A DNA stretch of 64,000 nucleotides from the human T2T-CHM13v2.0 reference genome, Homo sapiens. The notes below the pieces were generated by a model, which was not told the origin of the DNA, did not search any database, and saw nothing but the letters and a program-made list of their open reading frames with translations. A program made the position numbers and the translations under genes. How positions within the stretch are numbered: position 1 is the first letter of the stretch; every line of letters starts with the position of its first letter. The DNA is taken from NCBI RefSeq assembly GCF_009914755.1, contig NC_060933.1. One strand, 5' to 3'. Positions 14,770 through 31,217 of this stretch are shown here, piece by piece.

Positions 14770-15351
14770 AAACTTGATCTAAAACTCCTTGAATTGTGTC
14801 ATAGATAATCTGTAAGCCTCTGTTGCTTACGTGATTATTTTTAAATAATTTTGATGAAAAAGCATACTTGAGGCATATAGGATATGTTGTTCATTTTTCT
14901 CTCTTTTTAAAAAGAAGATAAATCTATAAAGGGGAAAGACTAAAGCAAAAGTAAACTAATATGCAATTTAAAAATATGTAATATGTAGAGTTGAAGTTTT
15001 AAGAAGGCTAGAACATTCCCATGCTTCTTTCTAGAAGTTATGTCAGCCACTAGCAAGTTGAATGTCAACTGTTTTGAAAATAGCTACAGTGCAAGTAGTT
15101 CTTAAAAACAGGGACACACTCTGGAACTAAAATAGACTGAGTACAAGAAAATAAAGAAGTCATGTATGCAGTGCATTAACAAAATATCTTTCTAACTTTT
15201 GTTATAACTGTAAGTTCATAAAACTATTAAGCGTAGTCTAATGATTCATTTTGCCAGAATTTGGGATTATTTTGTAGATGTGATTTTAAATGTATTTATG
15301 GAAGTACAGTGTGACTTTATTTTTCTTTGTAGCTTTCGTTTCATGATGAAG

Positions 15352-15663
15352 TTATTTATTTATTTATTTATTTATTTTTGATACAGGGTCTCACTGTGTT
15401 GTCTAGGCTGAGTGCATTGGCACTATCATGGCTCACTGCAGCCTGGAACTCCTGGGCTCAGTGATTCTTCCACTTTAGCCTCCTGAGTAGCTGAGACTAC
15501 AGGTGTGTACTATCAAGCCTGGCTAATTTTTTATATTTTGTGGAGATGGGAGTCTTGCTATGTTGCTCAAGCTGGTCTCGACCTCCTGGACTCAAGCAAT
15601 CCTCCCAGCTTGGCCTCCCAAACCAAAGTGTTGTGATTGCAGGTGTGAGCCACCATGCCTGGC
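15352..15663 (-). mobile_element. AluJ
   Basis: (TTTA)n tail and diverged Alu reverse complement. Confidence 0.88.
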
Positions 15664-15883
15664 TGAAAGCATTTTGATATTAAAGTTCATATGTAATTAT
15701 TTGCATTTTAAACATCTTATATTTGGAATTAGATTTAGGTCTCAATGTGACAAATGTTGCTAAGAATTTTGGGGAAAATAATTCTATTGATAGCGTATTT
15801 CAAACATCTTAAGGTAGGACAGAGAAATTTCTTTTTTCTCTTCTAAATGCCAGTACATTAAAATAAAATAATTTGAGTTGGAA

Positions 15884-17113
15884 GCCAGGTGTGGTGGCTC
15901 ATGCCTGTAATCCCAGCACTTTGGGAGGCTGAGGCGGGTGAATCACTTGAGGCCAGGAGTTCCAGACCAGCGTGGCCAACATGGTGGAACTCTGTCTCTA
16001 CTAAAAATACAAAAATTATTTCCAATTTCATCCATGTCTCTACAAAGGACATGAACTCATCATTTTTTATGGCTGCATAGTATTCCATGGTGTATATGTG
16101 CCACATTTTCTTAATCCAGTCTGTCATTGTTGGACATTTGGGTTGGTTCCAAGTCTTTGCTGTTGTGAATAATGCCGCAATAAACATACGTGTGCATGTG
16201 TCTTTATAGCTGCATGATTTATAGTCCTTTGGGTATATACCCAGTAATGGGATGGCTGGGTCAAATGGTATTTCCAGTTCTAGATCCCTGAGTAATCGCC
16301 ACACTGACTTCCACAATGGTTGAACTAGTTTACAGTCCCACCAACAGTGTAAAAGTGTTCCTATTTCTCCACATCCTCTCCAGCACCTGTTGTTTCCTGA
16401 CTTTTTAATGATTGCCATTCTAAGTGGTGTGAGATGGTATCTCATTGTGGTTTTGATTTGCATTTCTCTGATGGCCAGCGATGATGAGCATTTTTTCATG
16501 TGTTTTTTGGCTGCATAGATGTCTTCTTTTGAGAAGTGTCTGTTCATGTCCTTCGCCCACTTTTTGATGGGGTTGTTTGTTTTTTTCTTGTAAATTTGTT
16601 TGAGTTCATTGTAGATTCTGATGAAACTGGAAATCATCATTCTCAGTAAACTATCGCAAGAACAAAAAACCAAACACCGCATATTCTCACTCATAGGTGG
16701 GAATTGAACAATGAGATCACATGGACACAGAAAGGGGAATATCACACTCTGGGGACTGTTGTGGGGTAGGGGGAGGGGGGAGGGATAGCATCAGGCGATA
16801 TACCTAATGCTAGATGACGAGTTAGTGGGTTCAGTGCGCCAGCATGGCACATGTATACATATGTAACTAACCTGCACAATGTGCACATGTACCCTAAAAC
16901 TTAAAGTATAAAAAAAAAATACAAAAATTAGCCTGGTGTGGTGGCGCGTGCCTATAATCCCAGCTACTTGGGAGGCTGAGGCATGAGACGTGCTTGAACT
17001 CAGGATGCTGAGGTTGCTGTGAGCCGAGATCACTCCACTGCACTCCAGCCTTGGCAACAGAGCGAGACCCTGTCTCAAAATAAATAAATAAGTAATTAAG
17101 TAAATAAATAAAT
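15884..17113 (+). mobile_element. Alu split at its central linker by an L1 insertion
   Basis: Left arm 15884-16018, right arm 16915-17113. Confidence 0.9.
16019..16914 (+). mobile_element. Young L1PA 3' fragment with 5' inversion
   Basis: Inverted ORF2 C-terminal part at 16019-16620; sense 3' end and poly(A) at 16621-16914; TSD AAAAATACAAAAATTA; non-Ta GAG at the 3'UTR diagnostic site. Confidence 0.93.
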
Positions 17114-17323
17114 ATAGTTTGAGTTAGAGACATTGTTCATATCTGGAATGTTTTATTGGCCTTTTTTTTGGGTGTTTTTTTGACTTTGACATTTAAAAAA
17201 TATAAGCCAGTTGTTGTTGTTGTTTGTTGTTTGTTTTTGTTTTCTCAGAGTAGCCCTCAGTTTGGGTTTGTCTGATTCGATTAGTTCAGGTTGTATATTT
17301 TTGTTAGAAATAACCACAGAAGT

Positions 17324-17620
<297 letters not shown>

Positions 17621-18276
17621 GAGATACCACAGAAGTGATGATGTGTTCTCAGTGTATCATATCAGGAGTCACTTGATGTTATTTACAGTGATGTCTGAAA
17701 GGTTTCCCCCACTCTCAAGTTATTATTTTCCTCTACAATTAATAAGTAATTAGTTAAGACTCGTGTTGAGGTAGTATAAATATCTATTCCTAAGAAACCT
17801 TTCACCTTTAGGTTTATTTTGTTACTCTGTTTCTCACCTGTCTTGTTGAAAGCTTAGTTTATTTATTTCAACTTCTTTATTTTCCAATATACTTAAGATT
17901 GTAAATTTTTCTTAATAAATCACTTTGACATATTGTCTGGGAGTGCTTACTGTAGGGTTTGGGATGGAAGGAGACAATAAGTGAGAATATCGTTTATAAT
18001 AATCCATTACTAGGAAACTGGCAATGACAGCCTAAACAGAACAGAGTATTTTAAAGGTGCCAAAGTGCCAAAAATCACCCATTAACAAAATGTTTCCAGT
18101 CTTGCTTTAAAGAATAAAAGGTATGATTTTTAATGATTTTGACTGGCACACCTATGAATAATAGTTGTTGAAAATTATGAATTTAAGAAGTTTATTTGTT
18201 TAGTGCAACTTGTACTTTGGGGCTTGTTTAATAAATGTATAATGATCACAGACCATATTTTACTTTACCATTTCAG

Positions 18277-18433
18277 GAGCAGCTGCATTGGCATGGAAGA
18301 ATCCTATTTCAAGCTGGTTTACTGCTATGCTCCACTGTTTTGGTGGAGGAATTTTATCCTGTCTACTGCTTGCAGAGCCTCCATTGAAGTTTCTTGCAAA
18401 CCACACTAACATATTACTGGCATCTTCAATCTG
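18277..18433 (+). CDS. TMEM38B: TMEM38B coding exon 2
   Basis: Acceptor tttcag|GA, donor TG|GTAAG, 157 nt. Encodes (G)AAALAWKNPISSWFTAMLHCFGGGILSCLLLAEPPLKFLANHTNILLASSI(W), in phase with exon 1. Confidence 0.97.
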
Positions 18434-18582
18434 GTAAGCTGCCAGTATGGTGACCTATGTGACATTTAAACAATTGTGTTGTAAATTGTTAGTAAAATGA
18501 ATTTTTTTTTCTTTGAACAATATTTTACGTGCTTGAAAAGTTAATGCATCTGCAAGGAAGGAACCCAAATAATGCTAAGGGG

Positions 18583-18878
18583 TTTTTTTTTTTTTTTTGA
18601 GACGGAGTCTCACTCTGTTGCCCAGGCTGAAGTGCAATGGCATAATCTTGGCTCACTGCAACCTCCACCTCCTGGGTTCAAGTGATTCTTCTGCCTCAAC
18701 CTCTGGAGTAGCTGGAATTACAGCACCCGCCCTCACGCATGGCTAATTTTTGTATTTTTGTAGAGACGGGGTTTCACCATGTTGGCCAGGCTGGTCTTGA
18801 ACTCCTGACGTGAGGTGATCTGCCCGCCTCGGCCTCCCAAAGTGCTGGGATTACAGGTGTGAGCCACCGCACCCAGCC
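18583..18878 (-). mobile_element. AluS
   Basis: Poly-T plus Alu reverse complement, about 150 nt downstream of exon 2. Confidence 0.92.
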
Positions 18879-18974
18879 ATGCCAAAGGCTTTAAGTGTAA
18901 AGTATATCTCTTTCTTTTTTATTTTCCCTTATCTTCTCCCAGAAGCAATTATTGTCTGCCATTGTCTTATGTAC

Positions 18975-19757
18975 CTTTTTTGTTGTTGTTGAGACATAGT
19001 CTTGCTATGTGCAAGACTGCAAGTGCAGTGGCGCGCTCTCAGCTTGTTGCGGGACGCAGAGGATTAGAGAGACCAGTATGCGTGAATACAGGAGGATATT
19101 TATTGTGAGGTACACACCGGCTCAGTGGATTTACCTCCAAAAAGCTGGGCCTTGAATAAAGACAGAGCGAGGTTTTTATAAGCGGGCTCATAAGAGCAAA
19201 ACAAAGGTAGTTAATCATATAGTGCATAACTTGTGGCCTTGCATAGCTGGTGGCCTTTTAGCTGTGTCAAAAGAAAAACAAGAATTGGCTAAATACAGGC
19301 ATTTGTAAAACACCGTTATGCTTAAGAGGCAAGGGAAAGGAGTAACAATAAAGGAATTTGTCTTTCTCTCTCTTTTTTTTTTCCTTAACCTTGCTCTGGA
19401 GGGGGCGGGGGTGTCTGGAGCCCATTCCTCTGTCCTTGGCTTTTTGGACAGTGTTATAACTGTTCTTGAATTGAGCTGCTAAGCAGAGGAAAACTTTTTT
19501 TTTTTTCTTTTTAACCCTTATTACAGGCTCACTGCAACCTCCACCTCCTGGGTTCAAGCGATTCTCCTGTCTCAGCCTCCCAAGTGGCTGAGATTACAGG
19601 CATGCGCCACCACGTCTGGCTAATTTTCTGTATATTTAGTAGAGACGGGGTTTCACAATGTTGGCCAGGCTGTTCTCAAACTTCTGATGTCAAGTGATCT
19701 GCCCGTCTCAGCCTCCCAAAGTGCTGAGATTACAGGCGTGAGCCACCATGCCCAGCC
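18975..19757 (-). mobile_element. Alu interrupted by a solo LTR
   Basis: Alu pieces 18975-19044 and 19526-19757 are colinear across the LTR. Confidence 0.85.
19045..19525 (-). mobile_element. ERV1-class solo LTR (~480 bp), family unassigned
   Basis: TG...CA termini; 4-bp TSD AGCT/GGCT; minus-strand TATAAAA and AATAAA. Confidence 0.8.
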
Positions 19758-20824
19758 TGTCTTATGTATCTTTAATAGAAGCATTTCCAATATGAAAGGG
19801 CATTAAGTATTTGGCCCTAGAGTTTATCTTGTGAACCTAACTGATACACGCAGATATACAACATGATAAAATCATGTATGTGACCAACTGAAACTAACCA
19901 AAAAGTCCAAATAATTATGGCTCATATTTAATTATTCTTCTCATACTCTGTTGATTTTATGAGATCTTTAAATTTTATAATTTTGAAGTGAAGAAAAAAA
20001 TGTTACCCGGAATTGCCTTGAATTCTTGCAAATCCAAATTCGTTATCCTTAAGAGGATTGATCCATCAAGTTTAAAATAATCTATAATAAAAATTATAGT
20101 TTTTTTAATGTATAAAGCAGAAACTGTTTTCTGTTAAGAACCATATCATTAAATATATAACAGGAACACTTACAGTTCATTTTTATTGTGATAATTTTAA
20201 AATGAATATGTAACCAGTTCTAAAAGGGATATTACAAATAATAGTAGCAATGGGAAAAAGTAATCCTGGGAACCTATGGCAATGTTGAGTTGTTACGATA
20301 TGTCAGTTAAGTTCTTTATATTCATTGTTATATTTAATCAGAGGAGTACTATAAGGTAGCTATTATTATTTCCATTTGACAAATGATAAAATTGAGGCAT
20401 AGGGAAATGCTGCTATAACTTTCTTGTCTAGTAAGTGGTTGAGCTAGAATCAAAACAAGAAGTTTTTAACTTTAGAGTCTTCACACTTTGTAGCCACTAT
20501 CTCTCACAGATTTGTTTAACCATCTCTTAAAGTGTAGTCTTCCAGTTGCTATGTGTTTTAAAAAACTTTCCCAAAGACTTTTATTTCTATAACAATATTT
20601 TTAAAAGTTATTAGCATTTTGGAAGAATTTTTTGATGTGTATAGATGCTGAAACTATACAAAAAGGAAGATATCCAGAATTTGATACTTTCTGTTATTTC
20701 TACTTCTGTTCCTATAATACTAACCTCCTGGATGATTGCAGGAGCTTCCTAAGTGGTCTTGCTGCTTCTTTGATTATCCCTTTGAGTCTATTCGTTATTC
20801 TTCATGGAGCAGACAAAATTATTA

Positions 20825-21143
20825 CAGTTGGCCTTCTATACCCATGGGTTTTGCATGCTTGAATTCAACCAGCTGCAGATCAAAAATATTTGGAAAAAAA
20901 TCCAATAAAAAATAACAATGCAACAATAAAAATAATGCAAATAACAATAATGTGTAACAACTATTTGTATAGTATTTACACTGTATTAGGTATTATAAAT
21001 AATCTAGAGATGATTTAAAGTGTAGTGGAGGATGTGTGTAGGTTATGTACAAATCCTCTGCTATTTTATATAGGGGCTCTCACATTCACAGATTTTGAAG
21101 GAGAATCCTGAAACCAGTCCCCTACAGATACTGAGGGACAACT
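20825..21143. mobile_element. MER2-like (TcMar-Tigger) MITE within an L2 relic
   Basis: Terminal inverted repeats CAGTTGGCCTTC / GAGGGACAACT and typical internal MER2 motifs. Confidence 0.75.
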
Positions 21144-21672
21144 TAAGTTAGAACATGTCACTCATGTGCTCAGTAATTTCTTATCTTATTAAGAACAATA
21201 TCCCAAACTTTTACCATGGCCTGTAAAACCCTGCAAAATACTCGCTTTCACTTTCTTTTATGTAACGTCTTACAACTCTATTCTTGCTCAGTTTGCTCTA
21301 GTCACATGAGCTTTGCTATTTCTTGAATGTTCCAACGTAAGGTATTCTTCTACCTCAATGCCTTTGTACTTTCTTTCTTCTCTTTGTAATCTTTTTTTCC
21401 TCAGAAGTCTCATATTTTGTTTTATCAGAGAGGCCTTCCCTGACTAAAGTAGCACCTCCTCTCCCATGACTATCACATCATCCTTCTTTATTTTTCTTCT
21501 TAGAATTATTGCTATCCAACATGTTATCTGTTGATTTTTTTTTTTATGTTGCTCTAACTATACTGGAATAATAGCCCATCAGAGAGTGAGCCATCATGCC
21601 TGGCCCCTGGCTAATGTTTAAAATTTTTATATTTGTTGAGATGAGGTCTCACTATGTTTCCCACGTTGGCTA

Positions 21673-23669
<1,997 letters not shown>

Positions 23670-23714
23670 GCTGGTGATTTTTTTAAATGCAAAATTTCAA
23701 GTAATACTGAATTA

Positions 23715-24893
<1,179 letters not shown>

Positions 24894-25402
24894 CGACTTC
24901 CCACTTTAAATAACCATTATGATAACATACCAGTATCCTGACTTTTATGGTAATCACTTTTTTGAATATTTTAATAATTTTATCACTCAGTGCTTATCCT
25001 TAGATACTATAGTTTAGTCATGCCTATTCAAAAATTTCATTTGTTTCTTAAGCTTTTTAAAAAAATGGTTAACCCTTAATTTCTTTCTTTTCCTTAAACT
25101 TTATCTGTTGAAGAACCAGAGCCAGTCGATTTGCAGTTTTCCATAGTCCAGAGTTTGCTGATTGCATAATCATGGTATAGATCATTATATTCTTCTGTTC
25201 TTTGTGTTTCCTCACAGTTGGAAGATTGATGCAGAATCCAAATCAGATTTAGGCTAGATCCCTTTACCAAGACTTCTAAGAGGTCCCATTTTGTGACATT
25301 AGCACCCTTTTACATTTAGTGCCTATTAATTAGAAATTGCAAAATGAAGATAGTCTAGTTTTATCTTTTCTTCTTATTTATTAGTTGGAATATTACTATA
25401 AA

Positions 25403-27123
25403 TGATGACAGCCGCAGGCCATCTGGTGTGGCTGCTGCCATCATGTCAGCTGCTTCAGGGAGGGCACAGGGAGAAGGCGGACAGCCCCACACCCCCCACA
25501 GCCCACCAGCCACCCTTGGGGTCTCCACGATGGGGCTGGGCCAGGCTGGTTCCTGCACCGGCCAAGGGGGAGCTTCAGGTCGCCCCTGAGCTTTGGGGCC
25601 ACAAAGGGAGCTTGCATGGCAATGTTGCCCCTGTCCTGGATGCCAGCCCAGGCCCAGTGAGGACCTGGAGCCCCCACCCTAGGCTGTGAGGGGACTTGGC
25701 CCAGTGCCATGCACCACGGAGCAGAGGGAGCTGGGGACATGCGGGAGCCCTGCCCCTTCCAAGTTGGTGGGGCTGGAGCTCCCCAGGTGCAACTGCAGCT
25801 GCCCAAGTCATGGCTGCAACCCAGGCACCCCTCTGCTCTTGGGAGCCAGGAGTAGGCAGTAGAGGGCAGGGCTGCAGCCTTCAAGTAGTGGCTGCAATCC
25901 CTGACCTGCCGCTCCACGGAGCAGGCAGGATCCCCACTCCAAACCCCTCCCCGACAGCTGCAGCCCCCCAAACCGGGGCTGCAGACCCAGGCATACCTGC
26001 ACTCTTGTGGGGTCTGGGAAGGGCCCCCTTGCTGTTGCAGGCTTGGAGGTGCCTGCTCCCGCTGCCTGGCCTCTCCCCAATCTTGGAGCAAGGTTGGGGC
26101 TGGGTTGGGGCTGAGCCTAGGCGCTGTCACAGCCTGGCTGGGTGTGCCATTGCTTGGGGCAGTGCTGACGTGCCAGCCCCCTGCCACCTTGGCCCCCTCT
26201 GGACTTTGGGTGCTGAAGAGTGCGGGAGGGGAAACTGAGGGGTGGCTGAGGGTGGCCAGGCGCTGGCCTGCAGGTGCCCCTTGGTGCCAACAGCCTGGAC
26301 ATGATGGATGACGTGGGAGGCAGACAGGCTTCTTGGTGGAAGGGGGCGGGTTCCCAGTGAAGCCCCACCTTCAGGCTTGGGCAGGTCTGAAGCCTGGAGC
26401 TGGGCTGCCAGTCCTGCCACCAGAGGCGGAACTCATAGTGCCTTTTCCTGGGCCCACCCATGGCTTCCCATGGCTGCTCATGGACAAATCAGCATGCATT
26501 TCTCTCCTCTGAGGCCCATAAAAGCTCTGGGCTCAGCCAGGGCAGGGCAGAGTAGGAAGAGTTGACTGGCCAGTTGCAGAGAGGACCTACCCTCTTTGGG
26601 GCCACCTCTGCTGAGAGCTGTAGACATGGGGATGACCAGCTGCAGGGAGGAGCTACCCTGTCTGCTGAGAGCTGAGCACGGAGGAGTTACCCTCTCTGCA
26701 GGGCCTCCTCTCTGCTGAGAGCTGCAGATGTGGGGATGACCAGCTGCAGAGAGGAGCTACCCTCTCTGTTGAGAGCCGAGCACTTGTTGGGATGACCTGC
26801 CTACAAACCGCAGAGAGGAGCCTCCTCCCTGCTGAGAGCTGCAGAGACAATGGGAGGACCTGCTTGCAGAGAGGAGCCACCCACCTTCCTCTCAGCTGAC
26901 AGCTGCACACTCAACAGGATGACCTGCCTACAAAGAGGAGCTACCCACTGTGGGTCTTCTCTGAGCTGCTCTAACACTAAACAAAGCTTCTCTTTGTCTT
27001 GCTCACCCTCCACTTGTCTGAATACTTCATTCTTCCTGGACGCAGGACAAGAGCTTGGTCAAGGGTGCCACCAGCCACAAAGGTTTCTGCCCAGAAAAGT
27101 GACATCCCAAAGATCCCAAAATA
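25403..27123 (+). mobile_element. MER52-family ERV1 long solo LTR
   Basis: GC-rich 1.7 kb starting TGATGACAGCCGCAGGCCATCTGG and ending AGAAAAGTGACATCCCAAAGATCCC; internal degenerate repeats CTGCTGAGAGCTG..GGATGACC..AGAGGAGCTACCC at ~26570-26960. Confidence 0.85.
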
Positions 27124-28823
27124 CAAATAGATACTTCCTGTTTATCATCTATTTGGAAACCAGCTATACAGTTCATACTGGAAAGGTAATGCTTGGTTCT
27201 TTCCCTTCATTTACCAGTTTTCAGTATAATGAACTGGATGTCTGTCATTGTCTAAAGATACCAGCTTAAATAAAATAATTATGAGCTCATGGACTAACTA
27301 TATTTCATTGGTTTCAATAAAATTTCAGTTATTTTCATATCGAAGCTCAAATTATCCCATCTTCAGCCAGTGGAAGCCTCTTCAGATAGACTCCTGAGAC
27401 AGATTTTGAATTAGTTTACTTTCTACCTGGTGTTGTAAGATTCATTGTGTGCTTTTCTTCTGGAATCACTTGTTTCTCTAAGACGTTCTGGTTTCTTTTG
27501 GTGAGCAATGGCATTTCAAGACCACAATTTGAGTGCTAGAGACGCTCACTGTTATTGGGTTGATCATTATGTCTAGGCCTTTTTAGTGAACAGAGCTAGG
27601 AAAAATGAAGATAAAATAACTCATGACTTTATATTCATATTTCTAATTCAAATTCAGGACCATATAGCTTTTTAAAATTTTTTCCCTGTTACATATATAT
27701 CTCCTTTCTTCCACCCTAAGAATTTGGTTTCTTAAGGACATAGGATGTGATTAAATTAATATATTCTAACATTACTGATTTTTTTCTGTATTATGCACAC
27801 AGTAGTCTTAGAGTAATGTTAAAGACTACCAAAGAAATGATTACAGAAAATTATTATTGCATATGTTCTATTAATTCTCCCATTTTAACAATAAATGTAC
27901 TATTTTACACTGTCATTTTAAATATATTACTCCATTTTCTTCTGGCTTAAAGCACTGCTGTGAAAGTCTGGTGATCTTTTAATTTTCTTTCTCTTTTAAG
28001 ATCTTTTTTTTCTAGATCCCTAAAGATTTATTTTTTCATTAAGGTCCAGTCATTTAAATAAAATATCTTGGTGTTCGTTGTTGTGCGACAGTATTCTCTT
28101 CTACATGGTGTGTTCTTTTTGGTACCTACACTTTTTTTTAATTGAGAAAGTAATACTAGTATTTGTATTCTTCCTTTGCATTGGTTAAGAACTCTTATTA
28201 TTGGTATATTGGCTCTTCTTTGCCTTTCTTCAAGGATTTTTTAAAAATCTATATTTCTAAAAAAATTAACCTGCTTTTCACTTGTTTTTCTCTTTTCTCT
28301 TTTCTCCTGCTGTTTCTTTGAAGACACTATCTGTTATGTTTCTCTTTGTGTTTTCTGGTTTGTTTTTTATTTTGGAAATGATTTTTTTTCTTTTATCTCT
28401 TACTCTCTCCTGAGTGTTGAATCTTTGGTTCTCAGTTTTGCTTATTCTTATGTGTGTTCTTTTATGTCTTACATGACTTTCTTAATGTCTTTAGCTTGTT
28501 TTGAAATCATAGTTTACAGTTTTGATCTGTTTTGTTTGCACATTTTCCTGAGTGCTTACATTGTCTATAGGGATTTATTCTGCTTATTTTTTTTCTTGTA
28601 ATAACTTTGTATAGGATTTGATCTTGATACTTTTGGTCATTTTTATATGAAATTGGCTTTCATAAACTTGCAGAATGTGGTGGAAATATTTTCTTGACTT
28701 CACAGAGCTCCTGCTTTTGTTTTTATGTAGTGTTCAAAAGATGAGGACCTGCTTTTTGATATTTCTTGGATCTCTTACCTTCCTTGGCTTGGTGTGGACC
28801 TTTTCTTTCTTCTGTTCTATTCT

Positions 28824-28904
28824 GCTCAGGTTTGATTCTTCCCAGTTTCTTCTCAGTGTGGGGAGCTCAGGCTTGATTCTTCTCAGTTTCTTCTCAGTGT
28901 GGGG
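28824..28904 (+). repeat. 41-bp tandem duplication
   Basis: GCTCAGG(T/C)TTGATTCTTC(C/T)CAGTTTCTTCTCAGTGTGGGG occurs twice. Confidence 0.9.
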
Positions 28905-29278
28905 CTTATTATAGAAGAGAGCCCTGGTGGGTCAGTTTCAAAAGCTTAAAGCTCAGAGGGACTAAATTGTTCCAACCCTTTCAGAACTTCTTATCATGGG
29001 CTCTTTGTCTTATCTGGTATTAGAGATGCCAGAACCTCTGTCAGTTGTAGCATTTGTGTGTGTGTGTGTGTATATTTCCAAATGAGTCTGCTCTGCTTTC
29101 CAGTGAATACCCGTTAGCTATTTTGGTATGATTTTGGTCTTAAGTTCATCAGTTGCCACCTTGTTGCTTTCTTCTTTCTGCCAAGTAGTACAGTGTTGTG
29201 GGTGTTAGTGATTTTTCTCTACCCACTTGCATTTTGGGGTTTGAGGGGATACCTTGTCACATAGTTTTGTTGTAAGTA

Positions 29279-29729
29279 CAGTTGACCCTTGAACAACATG
29301 AATTTGAACTGTGTGAATCCACTTATGTGCAGATTTTCTTCTGCCTCTGCCACCCCTGAGATAGCAAGACCAATCCCTCCTCCTCGTCAGCCTACTCTTT
29401 GTGAAGATGAAGAAGAATGGAGACTTTCATGATGATCCACTTCCACTTAATGAATAATAAATACATTATCTCTTCCTTAACATTTTCTTAAACATTTTCT
29501 GTGGCTTAATTATAAGAATACATCAGGGACAGGTAGGTGACAGTGAAAAAATTATGTAATACATATGACATAAAAAAATCTGTTAATCACCTGTTCATAG
29601 TATTGGTGAGGCTTGTGGTCAACAGTAAGGTATTAATAGTCAGATTTTGGAGAGTCAGAAGTTATATGTGGTGTTTTGATTGCATAGGGGTTGGCATCCC
29701 TAACCCCCATGTTGTTGAAGAGTCAACTA
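29279..29729. mobile_element. Tigger2a-like DNA transposon
   Basis: TIRs CAGTTGACCCTTGAACAACA / TGTTGTTGAAGAGTCAACT. Confidence 0.8.
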
Positions 29730-30919
29730 TTGTGCGTGGGATTTTGGTTTTCCTGTCTTGTTTCTCTGTATGTTTTTATGGGAATTTGAAGAGTATCAGA
29801 ATGTATGCAGCCACTACCATCTTCTCAGAACCCTTACCATTAGTTTTTATGTCACTTCTATGGTCTCCTCCCATTCCATCTCTTTTCTTCCGCCTTCAGA
29901 AGTAACCATTATCTTCAACTTCATGATGCCCAGAGAAATAACTAGAAGCAATAAAAATGCTCATCCACAGAAGAAAAAATATGGATATTAATATAATGGC
30001 ATTATCTAATAGAGTTTAAGAATCACTTTCCTAAAATAAATCTTTAAGCATATAACAAGAGAAAATGTTGCTTATGTACAGATATGTGCAAGAATGTTTT
30101 TAAAACACTATTTATAATAGGGAAAACTGGGAACAACTCTCTGTCAGCAGAGAAATGATGGATAAATTATGGCATATTAATTCTGTTACGGTAAATACTG
30201 GTGAAAATTAGTAATTATAACCACACACAATAAGAATAAATCTCAGGAATAGAGCTTAAACAGAAAAATACATATGATTCTATTTATAAAACCTTTAACA
30301 ACTATATTGTTTATGGATATAAACATATGCTAAAACTACATAAAAAAGCTAAGATTTGTATTCAACATTATGTTACTAAGATTCATCTGTTTGTTTGTAT
30401 GTAGCTGTAGAACATAACTTCCCCCTGCTGTATAGTCCATTATATTAATATCTATATTTTATTCTTTTGTTGATGGCAGTTTTCTTGGTTCTAGGTGTTT
30501 AGTTAGGCATTACAAAACAACAATAATAGCAATTACATAGCATTTACTGTGTCCCAGTTTTCTAAGTGTTTTGCTTATGTTATCTCACTTAAACCTGACA
30601 AGAACCCTGAGACGTAGGTATTATTTTATTCAATTACGTGTTAAAAAGCATGTAATTGAGGCATGGAGAGGTTAATAACTTGCCTAAGGTGTCACAGTTA
30701 CTGAGTAGTTGAAGCTGGGATTCCAACCTGGCGCAGCTAGTCCTTTAATCTGTACTTACACAGTATATTGGTTTGTACTCTGGAAACAGGAATGTTACCT
30801 TTGTCTTCAGAGATCCTTAAATATAAAAAAATTATGGCTTAAAGACATAGTGTATTTTACTATTTTCTTTTTCAAAGTTTTCATATTTAGAACAAATTTG
30901 TAATCTTTGCTTCATTTGA

Positions 30920-31217
<298 letters not shown>

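Noticed and set aside
15858-16745. 295-aa ORF as a novel gene
   Set aside because: Entirely composed of L1 and Alu sequence; a by-product of the inversion.
25361-27269. Many overlapping ORFs up to 248 aa
   Set aside because: GC-rich MER52 LTR sequence with few stop codons; no recognisable protein.
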